A stretch of DNA of 64,000 nucleotides from an uncultured virus (IMG/VR IMGVR_UViG_3300044701_002172) (lineage: Duplodnaviria > Heunggongvirae > Uroviricota > Caudoviricetes): IMG/VR virus record IMGVR_UViG_3300044701_002172, positions 1-64,000 of that record; one strand, 5' to 3'. Position numbers and translations under genes: made by a program. This document shows, piece by piece, positions 39,490 to 49,004 of this stretch; position 1 is the stretch's first letter, and the number at the start of each line of letters is the position of its first letter. Below the pieces are notes generated by a model that worked only from the letters and a program-made list of their open reading frames with translations, was not told where the DNA came from and did no database searches.

Positions 39490-39977
39490 CGTTTGTTTTT
39501 AATCTCAAGGTTTTCTTTAATCCCAGACATATCAGAATAATTTTGATTAAGTCCTGCCATATCTCCTTCAAAACTTTCTGTATACATTACATGCTCGTAT
39601 CCACTACGCTCAAGTATCTTTGTTTTAATTTCAAGTTGTTTTTTCTCTTTAGCAATTCTACGAAGAAAGGCAAAGTAAATTACCTGAGTAAAATAGGCAA
39701 AAGGATTACTTGATTTTTCTGGATCAAAGTTATGAATGTATTGTAAACAGTTTTCTATGCCATCCGAGATCATTTCATCACGGAACATATAGTTTACAAA
39801 GTTAGGTTTGTATGACAAGTGTGTGGCAATCTTCAGAAAACAGTCACCAATGTAGTTAGGAACACGAGGCTTCGGCAGACCTTTCTCTTTAGCATCAAGA
39901 ACTTTTTTTCTGTAAACGCTTATTGCCTCTAAGAAATCCTTGTTATTGACGTAGTTCTCTGTTTTCTTTTTTGCCAT
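39486..39977 (-). CDS. g55: Late sigma factor gp55
   Basis: YVNNKDF; NFVNYMFRDEMISDGIENC; NPFAYFTQ. Confidence 0.96.
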   Translation of the reverse strand: MAKKKTENYVNNKDFLEAISVYRKKVLDAKEKGLPKPRVPNYIGDCFLKIATHLSYKPNFVNYMFRDEMISDGIENCLQYIHNFDPEKSSNPFAYFTQVIYFAFLRRIAKEKKQLEIKTKILERSGYEHVMYTESFEGDMAGLNQNYSDMSGIKENLEIKNKR

Positions 39978-40010
39978 GATACATGTCTCTATCCAAATTG
40001 TTATGGTATC

Positions 40011-40073
40011 AGTATAGACCATATTGGGTTGTTTGTCAAGGGGGTTGACAAAACCTCAGAAACCCAGTAGAAT
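40011..40073. promoter_or_regulatory. Back-to-back divergent sigma70 promoters
   Basis: Minus: TTGACA(40039-34)-17-TATACT(40016-11); plus: TTGACA(40045-50)-17-TAGAAT(40068-73). Confidence 0.75.
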
Positions 40074-40123
40074 CACTCTGTTAGGGGTTCAGATAAATAA
40101 TATCTTTAAATACTTTAAATTAC

Positions 40124-40546
40124 TTAGGACTTCTTATAGATCTCTTCAAGAAACCTTTTAGTTTCCTTTACAGATCCTAAGTAACCCATTTGTTTACTGA
40201 ATTTATTTGGTTTAACATTTATAGAATTATTTGATTCAGATAATAATTCTTTATTAGAATCATCGTTAAGATTGTTTAGGTAAAATGATTCAATTCTTTT
40301 ATCTAACTCTGTCATAGTGATCACTTGTTCCATTTTAATCACAAACAAAGAATCATAAGTTGAATGTATCCAATCTTTTAGAATAAATCCTTCAACAGGT
40401 TTACCATTCTTTTTTTGTGATAGTTTCTCTACCAATAAAGGATTCTCTACTAATAAAGAATTCTCATCTGGTAAATAACATACTTTAGCTATAATTTCTT
40501 CACCAGATGATAACTTTATGGTAGAGAAGAATTCTTCTTCCATCAT
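40124..40546 (-). CDS. Hypothetical protein (Sm-like fold suspected)
   Basis: IKLSSGEEII...ENP...KDWI; C-terminal MGYLGSV. Confidence 0.75.
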   Translation of the reverse strand: MMEEEFFSTIKLSSGEEIIAKVCYLPDENSLLVENPLLVEKLSQKKNGKPVEGFILKDWIHSTYDSLFVIKMEQVITMTELDKRIESFYLNNLNDDSNKELLSESNNSINVKPNKFSKQMGYLGSVKETKRFLEEIYKKS

Positions 40547-42006
40547 TTTAGGTTTACCTTGATAACTTCATATTTAAAATTTTCTTCTTGATAAATTTTA
40601 ATTCTTTCTTGAAGGTGTCTTAAAGTATAATTTTGTCTTGTTTTAGTAGAGATATCATCAGCGATATCATAGAGTGTAGCTATTTCTTTGCCTTCTCCTT
40701 TTCTAAGAACTCTACCAATTGATTGTAGATTTCTAATACGAGATTTAGACGGAGAAGCAAATATAATGTTATGAAGACGTTTAATGTTAATACCAGTGCT
40801 AAACGTTCCATAGGAAGCAATAATAACGGCATTATCTTCTTTTTCGGCAATACTTCTTACTGCTTCTCGATCTTCAGTGTCGATAGAACCATGAACAAAA
40901 AATACTTTACGATTTTCACCAACTGTATTATTTATGAGTTCGTATAAAGGTTCACCATGCTTTTCCACATAGTTAAACAAAACTAATGTGTTGCCATCAA
41001 TGTCGTTTACGAGATTTTTAATAAGATTATTTCTTTTTTTATTAGTAACAATGTAATCCATCTCTTCATGATAGTCCTCAAAATATTGATACTCATGCTT
41101 ACACAAAAGAATTTTAATACGAAGATTAGATAGATGTCCTTTTTTAATTAGATCATCTGTCTTAGTTACTCTTTCACAATGACCAAACAATCCTTCTAGA
41201 ACCCACTTGTGAGTTTTGGTTCCGTCAAGTGTACCAGTAAATCCAAATCTGTACTTAGCATTATGAAGCTTTTCCATAATACCAGTAAGTGATTTAGATT
41301 TAAACAGGTGTGCTTCGTCACCGATTACACAATCAATGTCATCAAAATATCTTTTAGGGAATTTGTAAATGGATTGCCATGTAGAAATGATAATAGGTTT
41401 GTCAGAATTCTTTTCTTGTCCCGAATAAATTTTGTGAATATGTTCATCGGCATTCCATCCATAATCAATGAAGTCCTTGACCATCTGTTCTACGAGAGAA
41501 GTAGTAGGAACGATGATTAAGATTTTCTTATCTGTGGCGTGATAATATCTCACCAAAGAATAGATCATCAAAGATTTACCTGATCCAGTAGGAGACAAGA
41601 ATAAGCCACGATTATATTTGAGAGCAAGATAGACAGTGTAATACTGATAATCTCTGGCTTGAATGTTAGAAATTTTATCAACAAAAGTTTTTACTCCAGC
41701 AGGAGAAACCATCTCGTTGGTATCTGTTACTTCACCATACCAATCGTTCTTAACTGATTCTATAGAGTATCCTCTTTCCTTAGCCCACAGAAGAAACTGC
41801 TGGTACAAACCAACATACATTTCCCCTGTGCCAGGAGAGTATAGACGAATAGTTCCATCCCAGTATCTAAATTTGGGATTTCTTTTTAGAAATTTTGCTT
41901 CTGGAACTTCAAAGGTAAAGTAGTCAGATAATTCTTGATGTACGTAAGGCTCTGCTTGAATTTGATAAAATACTTCGTTCTTTTTCTTAACAATAATTCT
42001 TGTCAT
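40543..42006 (-). CDS. uvsW: SF2 helicase UvsW
   Basis: SPTGSGKS; DEAH; TGT; QSIGRVLR. Confidence 0.96.
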   Translation of the reverse strand: MTRIIVKKKNEVFYQIQAEPYVHQELSDYFTFEVPEAKFLKRNPKFRYWDGTIRLYSPGTGEMYVGLYQQFLLWAKERGYSIESVKNDWYGEVTDTNEMVSPAGVKTFVDKISNIQARDYQYYTVYLALKYNRGLFLSPTGSGKSLMIYSLVRYYHATDKKILIIVPTTSLVEQMVKDFIDYGWNADEHIHKIYSGQEKNSDKPIIISTWQSIYKFPKRYFDDIDCVIGDEAHLFKSKSLTGIMEKLHNAKYRFGFTGTLDGTKTHKWVLEGLFGHCERVTKTDDLIKKGHLSNLRIKILLCKHEYQYFEDYHEEMDYIVTNKKRNNLIKNLVNDIDGNTLVLFNYVEKHGEPLYELINNTVGENRKVFFVHGSIDTEDREAVRSIAEKEDNAVIIASYGTFSTGINIKRLHNIIFASPSKSRIRNLQSIGRVLRKGEGKEIATLYDIADDISTKTRQNYTLRHLQERIKIYQEENFKYEVIKVNLK

Positions 42007-42482
42007 TAAGTAGTACCATTAATAAACTTTTCCCAGTCAATAGCCGATTTGATTTGAAATCCACGATTGGAAATCATTTTCATTACACTGTCCAGGAAAT
42101 AAAGAGCCTGTTCAACGTATTTAATTTTTGCTTCTATGTTGATGATGTCCTCATCTGATTCCAGATAAGTCTTCATCTTCTCTGCTGTTTTAATACTTGA
42201 GCCGAAAGGTTTCTCGGCATACACTTTGGCGTCTGCTTCGCCAGAATAATATTCTCTTTTTTCTCTTACTACACGCCTAAGTTCAAACTCTAAAGACGTT
42301 TTAACTTGGCTAAGATCTGTGTAGTAGTTTAAGTATTTATTGTGTTGAAAAGGGATCTCTAATGCTAACTTACCGAGATCTTCTGTATACTGTTTGTTTT
42401 TAAATTGGAAGTCAACTAAACTGTCTTCATTCCATTCTTCTTTAATACGATCAAATAATTTAACGATGTTCTCAAATTTCAT
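42006..42482 (-). CDS. uvsY: Recombination mediator UvsY
   Basis: HNKYL; EYYSGEA; RGFQIKSAIDW; synteny. Confidence 0.88.
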   Translation of the reverse strand: MKFENIVKLFDRIKEEWNEDSLVDFQFKNKQYTEDLGKLALEIPFQHNKYLNYYTDLSQVKTSLEFELRRVVREKREYYSGEADAKVYAEKPFGSSIKTAEKMKTYLESDEDIINIEAKIKYVEQALYFLDSVMKMISNRGFQIKSAIDWEKFINGTT

Positions 42483-42991
42483 AGTAATTTAAAGTTTTTA
42501 TCACGAAGAGTAAAATTAGTATACTTAAATGTTACCTGTGCTGTAAAATATTCAATGTCATCTACTGTGGCATCAAAGTCAATTGGCGTTAAACTAATTG
42601 GAAATAGATTTTCAAAGTCAACAAAAAATGCCGAATTAAAGTTGGAAGTTACTACCATTAGTTGACCTTTGGAGTATTCAACTTGATCTGCCGAATGTTG
42701 ATCAGCTCCTCCGTTTTTACGAATCCATTGTAATATTGAATTGTAATTAATTAAATTTTCATCAATAATAAAGCTAAGTGAAAAATCATCATACGAAATT
42801 CCTCCACCTGGAGCGATAGGAAAATTCCTAAATCGTGTCGGAACTTCTGTAAACGGCATGTTTACCCCAGGTAGATTTGCTCTTTGGCAGAAAAAATCAA
42901 CCCCTTCAAATAATTCTAATTTCATTTTAAAACCAATAGGAGCAAGAAAGTTCCTATTCCTAGGTTGCTCCTTATACCATTCAGCAGTCAT
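42479..42991 (-). CDS. g3: Tail completion / tube terminator gp3
   Basis: NRNFLAPIGF; FFCQRANLPG; FPISL; synteny. Confidence 0.88.
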   Translation of the reverse strand: MTAEWYKEQPRNRNFLAPIGFKMKLELFEGVDFFCQRANLPGVNMPFTEVPTRFRNFPIAPGGGISYDDFSLSFIIDENLINYNSILQWIRKNGGADQHSADQVEYSKGQLMVVTSNFNSAFFVDFENLFPISLTPIDFDATVDDIEYFTAQVTFKYTNFTLRDKNFKLL

Positions 42992-43026
42992 GTCAACTTC
43001 CCAAGCTAGTAACTATTTATTTCCAT

Positions 43027-43054
43027 AAAAAAAAGAGCCCCCGAAGGGACTCTT
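43027..43054 (-). terminator. Terminator after g23
   Basis: AAGAGTCCC-TTCG-GGGGCTCTTTTTTT. Confidence 0.85.
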
Positions 43055-43072
43055 GAGATCTTGGAGTATGAC

Positions 43073-44512
43073 TCACATGAGGTTCTTGATACGAACTCTT
43101 CTGTAGTACATGTTCTTGGAAGCGGTGAGAGCTTCAGCATCGGGAACAGGTACACCATCGCCATCAACACCGTTGAATACGAATGGGTTAGCAACCATAC
43201 CGTAACGGGTCTTGAAGCCGATCTTAGGCTGGAAGGTGTTAGGATCAATCGAACGTAGCATCTGGAGAGGTACGTATGGGCAATAGAAGAGACCAGCATC
43301 GTAAGGATTGGTGCCCTTATAACCCATGACGTAGTAGTGATCGTTTGAAAGGTTAGCTGAATAAGGATCAACGAAGACCTTGATACGACCGTTGATGGTG
43401 CCAACCATGAGGTTGCCAGTGTCATCAACCTGACCGATGGAAGGACCACCAGCACCGTTTAGACCAGAAGTGTAATCAAGTACACCAGCCATTGCTAGAG
43501 CCGAAGCTACGTCAGCAGAGCAGATGACGAAGTTACCCTTGCCTCTACGAGTTTCCTGAGCGATAGCATTAGCATCACGCTCAACTTGGAATAGAAGACC
43601 CTTGAACTTCTCAACAGACCAACGACCATTTGAATCAACGTCGAGGTCAAATACACCAGCGGTAGCAACGTTGTTCTGAGCACCAGGCTTAGCGATGGTG
43701 TATACAGTACGAACAACTTCACGGTTGATTTCAGCAAGGATCTCCGAGCTGAGGATGTTGGCAAGTTCTTGCTCAGCGTCAAGACCGTGAACAGCCTTAA
43801 GATCCTGAGCTAGCTCTAGAGTGTACTCCGAACGTAGGGCTCTGGTTCTGGCGGTTACAGCAGTCTTCTCGATGCTGAAGCTCATTTCGTTGAATAGGGT
43901 CGAACCTGATCCAAGAACTTCAGCAGTCTCACGAGCAATAGGACGTACACCACGCTCATAAGTGCCAGCACCCGAACCGTCATCGTTAAGAAGACCAGGG
44001 TTGGCTTCGGTGTATGAAGGATCGTTAGCAACGCCAAGGGGAACAGCTGGATCGTTGTAAGCAGCAGGACCCTGAGTGTTGGCTGAGAAGTTTACATCAG
44101 GCTCGTTGAAGAGAGCTTCACGACCCTTACGTAGACCAGCAGCACCGTTGTGCTGATAGTGAGCCTTCATAGCGAAGATAAGTCCAGTAGGACCGCTCAT
44201 TGGCTGAACGCCACAGATGTCATATGCCATTAGGTTAGGCATGGCACGACGGACTAGGCTGATCATGATAGGATCGAAACCAGCTAGACCACCAGTTTTG
44301 GTGTCAAGACCTGAACCTGAAAGGGCGTTACCACCAATAGCACCAACAGTGTTAGGACCTTCGGTGAGCATTCTGTCCTCACGGAGAGCACGCTCTTGGT
44401 TTTCTAGGATTACAGCGGTTACAGCCTGCTTGTGACGATCTGTGATGGATGGAGCATCAGGAGCGTTGAGAACAGGTGCCCACTTTTCTGTAAGATGGGA
44501 AGCGTTGAACAT
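43073..44512 (-). CDS. g23: Major capsid protein gp23
   Basis: KWAPVL; LVRRAMPNL; GVQPMSGPTGLIFA; ELAQDLKAVHGLDAE; FYCPYVPL. Confidence 0.99.
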   Translation of the reverse strand: MFNASHLTEKWAPVLNAPDAPSITDRHKQAVTAVILENQERALREDRMLTEGPNTVGAIGGNALSGSGLDTKTGGLAGFDPIMISLVRRAMPNLMAYDICGVQPMSGPTGLIFAMKAHYQHNGAAGLRKGREALFNEPDVNFSANTQGPAAYNDPAVPLGVANDPSYTEANPGLLNDDGSGAGTYERGVRPIARETAEVLGSGSTLFNEMSFSIEKTAVTARTRALRSEYTLELAQDLKAVHGLDAEQELANILSSEILAEINREVVRTVYTIAKPGAQNNVATAGVFDLDVDSNGRWSVEKFKGLLFQVERDANAIAQETRRGKGNFVICSADVASALAMAGVLDYTSGLNGAGGPSIGQVDDTGNLMVGTINGRIKVFVDPYSANLSNDHYYVMGYKGTNPYDAGLFYCPYVPLQMLRSIDPNTFQPKIGFKTRYGMVANPFVFNGVDGDGVPVPDAEALTASKNMYYRRVRIKNLM

Positions 44513-44563
44513 TTTTACCTCTTAAAACGTATTGTTGTCGTTTGATAATATTTATGATTTAAA

Positions 44564-45718
44564 TTATTTCCAGCGTGAGAGAGCATGAACGTAAGCAGCC
44601 ATTGCTGGCGATACATCCTCGCTTAGTGCTACTGGGGTGTCATCACTTACTTCAGCTTTAGAAACTGATTCTGGGAAGTATGATTTACGGAGAGTTTTTA
44701 CAGATTCTGTAAATTGCTCTACACTTTCATATCTAACACCTTCAGATAATGAAGCAAGTTTTTCTTTTTGAGTATCGGCAAGTCCTTCCGAAACTTGGTT
44801 TAAGATTACGACTTTGCTTGACTCAGCAAGACGATTATTAAGATCCACATTACGCTCAATTTGTTCGTTGAGGCGCTCTTCCATCTCACGAAGTTCGTCA
44901 GCCATTTCGTCAACAACACTGGTCTTATCCTCGGGGATAGAAATCCAATGTTCTTTACAAAGATTCATGAAACCAGCAATGAAATCTTCAGTGATTTCAT
45001 TACGGATGCCACGATCAATAGCGACTTGATTTTCTTCAATCCATTGACCGATACCATACTTGACAGTACCGAGAACTTCTTCAGAGAGTTCTTCTTTGAT
45101 AGCTTCTACTTGCTCAACAAGCTTGGCTTCAAACTGTTCTTCAAGTTTGGTATACTCTTCTTGAAGCTTAGCCTTAACAGCAGCTTCAAAAATTGTTTTT
45201 GCTTTTGTTTTGTAATCTTCTGTTAACTCTTCGCCTTCGGTCAAAGCGGCGACATCAGAAGAAAGGTCAAGCTCTTCAAAAGAAGGCTTGATTGGATAAG
45301 TTACGTTAGGACCAGTTGTAGTTCCATAGGCAACTTGTGTGCCCACTGTAGGAGTAGCAGCCATATCACCAGGACTCTTTTGATGAGCCTGCTGAGCGTC
45401 ACCCGAAATTTGAGAAATAGGAGCCGCTGCTTTAGCACCAGGATTCTCTTCGCCATCATCATCGTGTGGATGTGGAAGAGTGGCAGTACCACCAAGATCA
45501 GTAGCAGGCTTTTGACCAATAGCTACTGATGGTGGAACTGAAGGCTGTGGATCTTTTCCACCAGCTCCTGATGTTTGAGCATCTGAAATTTGAGTGGGCT
45601 CTTTACCTGTAGCAGGAATTACCGAAGCAGAAACTGTAGGCATTGGATCACCAGCTTCGAGAACAAGATTCTGTCCTTTTACAAGCTCCTCAAACTTTTC
45701 GTTTAACATATCTGACAT
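44564..45718 (-). CDS. g22: Prohead core scaffold gp22
   Basis: KAKTIFEAAV; acidic coiled coil; synteny. Confidence 0.93.
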   Translation of the reverse strand: MSDMLNEKFEELVKGQNLVLEAGDPMPTVSASVIPATGKEPTQISDAQTSGAGGKDPQPSVPPSVAIGQKPATDLGGTATLPHPHDDDGEENPGAKAAAPISQISGDAQQAHQKSPGDMAATPTVGTQVAYGTTTGPNVTYPIKPSFEELDLSSDVAALTEGEELTEDYKTKAKTIFEAAVKAKLQEEYTKLEEQFEAKLVEQVEAIKEELSEEVLGTVKYGIGQWIEENQVAIDRGIRNEITEDFIAGFMNLCKEHWISIPEDKTSVVDEMADELREMEERLNEQIERNVDLNNRLAESSKVVILNQVSEGLADTQKEKLASLSEGVRYESVEQFTESVKTLRKSYFPESVSKAEVSDDTPVALSEDVSPAMAAYVHALSRWK

Positions 45719-45766
45719 TTGAGTTTCCTCGTACTTCTAACAATTATTCTAAGATTATTTATGAAA

Positions 45767-46411
45767 TTACAGATTTGAAAGGAAATTCTCAAATGCTTTG
45801 AGCTTCCTTTCTTCCAGATTTTTCCTAGTTGATTCGGAAATATATCTGTGATATTTAGCAATTTGCTGTTCACGGAGAATTCCGTTTTCCCAAATCCACT
45901 CTTTACCTTCCATGATTCCGTTAACAAAAGCATCGGGAGCTGATGGATCTGCTACGATATCGGCAGCGGTTGCCAACATAAAATCATCACGAACATAATT
46001 GGCACCATTACGCTCTTCAAGTGAACCCATACCTCTAGAAGATACGCCGAGTTTTACACCTTCATCTAAAAGTGACTTAGCAATTTTACCCATAGGAGTA
46101 TCAAGAATTCTAGCCTTTCCGTAGAAGTTAGCACCTTCCGCACGAAGTTCAACAATTCTGTGAGACACCCTATCAAGGTTTACAGTAGGACCATCGGGAT
46201 GACCAAGTTCGCCTAGAGCACGACCAGATTGTACATACTGTTCGTTGTATCTTTGAACTTCTCTGTTCAAAACATTGAAAGGATATACTCTACCATTTCT
46301 ATTTTTGATTTCGGATTGTAAAAAAATACCTTCAATGTAAAGGTTTTTTTTGCCTTCTGTTTCTTCTATGAGGACGCTAATCTCCTCAATATTTTCTGTG
46401 ATGAGTTTCAT
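45767..46411 (-). CDS. g21: Prohead protease gp21
   Basis: NRNGRVYP; ALGELGHP; GVSSRGMGS; DIVADPSAP. Confidence 0.97.
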   Translation of the reverse strand: MKLITENIEEISVLIEETEGKKNLYIEGIFLQSEIKNRNGRVYPFNVLNREVQRYNEQYVQSGRALGELGHPDGPTVNLDRVSHRIVELRAEGANFYGKARILDTPMGKIAKSLLDEGVKLGVSSRGMGSLEERNGANYVRDDFMLATAADIVADPSAPDAFVNGIMEGKEWIWENGILREQQIAKYHRYISESTRKNLEERKLKAFENFLSNL

Positions 46412-46584
46412 TCTTCTGTTTCTAGTGGTTCTACTGGTTCATCAAAATATGTGGAAGCAACAGATTTTTTGTACATACCAAGAGCTTCCCCAGCGGTTGA
46501 TTTCATGACATCTTTAATCATGTCAAGAGCATCTGCTTTTTGCTTTCCAGCAATAGCATTGACAATATCCAAAGTGTTAGACAT
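46408..46584 (-). CDS. Small prohead core protein (gp67/68 position), 58 aa
   Basis: MSNTLDIVNAIAGKQKADALDMIKD...; lies between g20 and g21. Confidence 0.7.
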   Translation of the reverse strand: MSNTLDIVNAIAGKQKADALDMIKDVMKSTAGEALGMYKKSVASTYFDEPVEPLETEE

Positions 46585-46609
46585 AGTAATATAATTTTAA
46601 CTTATAATT

Positions 46610-48298
46610 TTATTTAGCAGAACCTTTATTTGATGAAGCTTTTGGAGCTGGTTTTGGTTTTGCTTTTTCTAAATCAATCTTTCGTTGGGTTTCAGCATCC
46701 GCTTCAGCATTAGAAATTTCTGGGGCATAAGCGTCATTTTCTAATGATTTTTGAGTAAGAATATTTGTATCAACTGGATTTAAAGCAAGACCAGAATCAA
46801 TATCTTTTTTCATCTGCTTATCCATTTCCTTGTATTCTTTCTCTGTCTGCATCAGAACTTGCTTACGAATAAACTCAGAAGAAATGTACTTACCAACAAA
46901 TGGATCCATCTGTGTGACAAGACCAATACGTTCCTTCATTAATTCCATTTGCTTGAGTTCATTGAAATGATTATCAAACAGGAAGTCATACTGAATATGC
47001 TCTTCCATATCATCCCAATCTTCTGGAGCAATAATGCCCTTGAGAATGAGTTGAGTCTTAAGCATATCACTGAAGATTTCACTAAATCTTTTACGAAGAC
47101 GACCAATAAACTTAGCAAACTTAAGTTCGTCTCTAAGAATTTCAGTTGTTTTTCCGAGATTAAATGCCTTGTTATCGTCTGTTAAACGAGACGGTGGCAG
47201 GTTAAGCGAGTTGTATAGTTTCTTTTTAAAATATTCAACGTCCTTAAGTTCACCAAGATTCTGACCACCAGGAAGTGTAGTGATCTCAGTTCCTCTACCA
47301 CCTTCACGGCGAGGGAGCCAGAAATCTTCCAGCATAGACATATGCTTTTTATCATCACGAATTTCGCCAGTGGCTGAATCGTATACAAGTTTGTTACGAT
47401 AGCGAGCCATAACATCACGAAGATATTGCTCGGCTTTTACTTTAGGAAGATTGCCTACATCAATGTAGAAAATTCTACGCTCTGGAGCACGAGACAATCT
47501 GTAGATAACCAACGAATCCTCAATCATTCTAAGCTGATTAAGAGCTTTGATTGATTTGTGGAGGAAACTAATTGTCATCTTTTTGTTTGGATCTTTCAAT
47601 CCAGAATCACATGAAGCTACTGAATCAACTGAAATTCTAATACCCTGATTGTTTGAGTAATCAAAAGCTCCCGCTGTATTAGGAACACCAGCTGGAGTAA
47701 ATCCTCTTGGGTTATAAATGTAATACTCGATATATTCACCCCAGTCAAACTCTAAAGCAGAACCTTTCTCCTTCATCTTTTCTGCTTCAGTTCGCTGAAT
47801 CTTGTGACGAACTTTTTTAATCTTCAGTGGGTCAATATATCTAAGTTCTAAAATACCTTTTTTGGGGTTGTCAAGATCTACTACTTTATGATAGTATAGT
47901 CTACCGTCAATATACCAATTACGAATAATCTGATGGCAATGCTTATCAAATTGTAGTAATCTTAAAATATGGTTAAACTCGTTTCTGATTTTATTTTTGA
48001 TGTTTGTTCCTATGTCTAGGTTAGACAATTCAATTTCTACTGGAGCATCATCAGCATCAGAAACTACAAACTCGTTAATAATTTCGTCGATAGCTGAGTC
48101 ACATTCTGGGTGAAGTGACATACTACGATATCTTTGAATCAATTCATATTCATTTCGGGAGGCACCTTCTACATCTACATACGTGCCAAAATAGCCACCT
48201 GCTACGGTGGCTACGTTATCATCTTGGTTGGGCGGAATTGGGGATTGCCCCTGAAGTTCCGCCCTCTTGTTGATTTTAAATCCAAACAGTTGACTCAT
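46610..48298 (-). CDS. g20: Portal protein gp20
   Basis: WYIDGRLYY; RAPERRIFYIDVGNLP; EDFWLPRREGGRGTEI. Confidence 0.99.
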   Translation of the reverse strand: MSQLFGFKINKRAELQGQSPIPPNQDDNVATVAGGYFGTYVDVEGASRNEYELIQRYRSMSLHPECDSAIDEIINEFVVSDADDAPVEIELSNLDIGTNIKNKIRNEFNHILRLLQFDKHCHQIIRNWYIDGRLYYHKVVDLDNPKKGILELRYIDPLKIKKVRHKIQRTEAEKMKEKGSALEFDWGEYIEYYIYNPRGFTPAGVPNTAGAFDYSNNQGIRISVDSVASCDSGLKDPNKKMTISFLHKSIKALNQLRMIEDSLVIYRLSRAPERRIFYIDVGNLPKVKAEQYLRDVMARYRNKLVYDSATGEIRDDKKHMSMLEDFWLPRREGGRGTEITTLPGGQNLGELKDVEYFKKKLYNSLNLPPSRLTDDNKAFNLGKTTEILRDELKFAKFIGRLRKRFSEIFSDMLKTQLILKGIIAPEDWDDMEEHIQYDFLFDNHFNELKQMELMKERIGLVTQMDPFVGKYISSEFIRKQVLMQTEKEYKEMDKQMKKDIDSGLALNPVDTNILTQKSLENDAYAPEISNAEADAETQRKIDLEKAKPKPAPKASSNKGSAK

Positions 48299-48335
48299 AT
48301 TAAATTAAATAGATTCGATGATCTATTTATTTAAT

Positions 48336-48971
48336 TCACTTATTGACAAGTTTGGTTACGCCAGCAATGCCAGTAGCAGCAGCATCAGTAATAGATGTAG
48401 CTGTTGGAGTTTCAACAGTCCAGTATGAATATTGGAACTCTACGGAGAACTCAGAAATCTGATCATTGCTATCATAACCAAGATCAATTTGAGATACGTT
48501 GGTTGGGAAAGCGTGATGTAAAGTATACTCTCTAAGGATAGTACCTTTTTCGGTAGAATTCTTTTCAAGTTGCTTCACTCTAACTGCTGCTGCCATATAA
48601 CCGTCAGAATTATTTGGTCTGAACTTAGGAGCATTATTGCCATTATGTGTGTTCATTGATTCCAACCATTGCTCAAAATAAGCACGGATTGCCATGTCCT
48701 TATCATTGAAGAATGTTGGGGACCAAGTATCAAATGTTCTGTCGCCAGCAATTTTAACTGTTCTTCCTCTAAAAGGAACTTCAATAACACCTAAGTTAGA
48801 AGCAGGAAGTGCTGCTGATTTACAGAGAAGATCTACCAAATTTTTATCTTCTCCAGTAGCACCTGGATTACCTGTTCCTAAATCACTTGGCCATACGATA
48901 TCGATGGCGAACATGTTAGGCTTAGTGCCTTGTCCAATTCTTTGAATAAAATCGTTAATTTTTGTTGCCAT
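48336..48971 (-). CDS. g19: Tail tube protein gp19
   Basis: LPASNLG; FRGRTVKIAGDRTF; FPTNVSQIDL. Confidence 0.96.
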   Translation of the reverse strand: MATKINDFIQRIGQGTKPNMFAIDIVWPSDLGTGNPGATGEDKNLVDLLCKSAALPASNLGVIEVPFRGRTVKIAGDRTFDTWSPTFFNDKDMAIRAYFEQWLESMNTHNGNNAPKFRPNNSDGYMAAAVRVKQLEKNSTEKGTILREYTLHHAFPTNVSQIDLGYDSNDQISEFSVEFQYSYWTVETPTATSITDAAATGIAGVTKLVNK

Positions 48972-49004
48972 TGTTTTTTACCTCGTTGTTTTGTTTGTGA
49001 TTAA

